Assembly: GCA_036676295.1 (NCBI GenBank)
Contig: JAKFDE010000035.1
Coordinates: 18,727 to 82,726 of the forward strand
Length of the DNA stretch: 64,000 nt
Reading direction: 5' to 3'
From: Bacteroidia bacterium
GTDB taxonomy: Bacteria; Bacteroidota; Bacteroidia; B-17B0; Aurantibacillaceae
In this document: positions 63,928 through 64,000 of the stretch, piece after piece
Position numbering within the stretch: the first letter of the stretch is position 1
How the letters are laid out: every line of letters begins with the position of its first letter
Notes under the pieces: generated by a model
What the model saw: the letters and a program-made list of their open reading frames with translations, nothing else
Told to the model about the DNA's origin: nothing
Databases searched by the model: none
Program-made: the position numbers and the translations under genes

Positions 63928-64000
63928 TCTGATTATTTTATCGTGAATAACTCTTCTATGTGTGACTTATAATGTTTCAGTAACATTTTGTTTTTATCTG

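Noticed and set aside
1-64000. Search for tRNA, rRNA, CRISPR arrays, transposases, integrases and toxin-antitoxin or restriction-type defence genes
   Set aside because: I saw no tRNA T-arm consensus (GGTTCGAATCC-like) in any intergenic region. There are no regularly spaced direct repeats with unique spacers. No ORF has transposase, recombinase or nuclease-defence motifs. The only repeats are the REP-like and junction families listed above.
63928-64000. Possible seventh junction repeat at the right window edge
   Set aside because: On the coding strand, aaaatgttactgaaac faintly resembles the AAAACGTTAGGTG end box. The window ends before any core (TTTGCAAA) could be seen, so this cannot be supported.

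Overview
This 64 kb window looks like low-GC Bacteroidota chromosome. The lineage call is an inference from a T9SS C-terminal sorting domain, TTTG/TAnnTTTG promoters, a long NusB and DUF1573/DUF2807/DUF5103-type genes.

- **1-37.6 kb:** mostly core genes. These are fabD, dtd, dsbD, clpB, dnaA, coaE, yajC, a complete trpEGDCFBA operon plus a DAHP synthase, nusB, leucine dehydrogenase, mgtE and a small envelope/stress gene cluster.
- **37.7-53.6 kb:** a methionine and sulfate-assimilation supercluster. It holds a SAM-I riboswitch, metX-hom, an Rrf2 regulator, AKR-sir, cobA-DUF2490-sirC::TSUP, a TrxR-type FNR, OsmC, a PLP trans-sulfuration enzyme, an APS-type cysH and cysDN.
- **57.6-64 kb:** accessory-looking, with small same-strand genes separated by a repeated element.

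Most interesting observations:
1. Three short ORFs are packed with Cys/Met codons: ...MMACMCCYCCMC, ...MMYCWMQRCC and ...DSCCCCCAIIIF. They are absent from the ORF track because they are under 60 aa. They sit exactly at the regulatory junctions of the sulfur cluster. One has a textbook antiterminator/terminator and one lies directly behind the SAM riboswitch. I read them as candidate ribosome-mediated sulfur-amino-acid attenuators.
2. A classical WW leader peptide plus terminator lies upstream of trpE.
3. The 57.6-64 kb array includes a subclass-B1 metallo-beta-lactamase. Six copies of a 90-200 bp junction repeat punctuate it. Five full copies carry a TTTG-N19-TAnnTTTG promoter (perfect in four), paired TTTGCAAA palindromes and integron-core-like ends. 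It resembles a cassette array but is not a classical attC array.
4. Two REP-like palindromic repeat families occupy operon junctions.

I saw no rRNA, tRNA, CRISPR, transposase or integrase genes. All calls rest on reading the sequence and the supplied translations. No database search, RNA folding or GC computation was possible.
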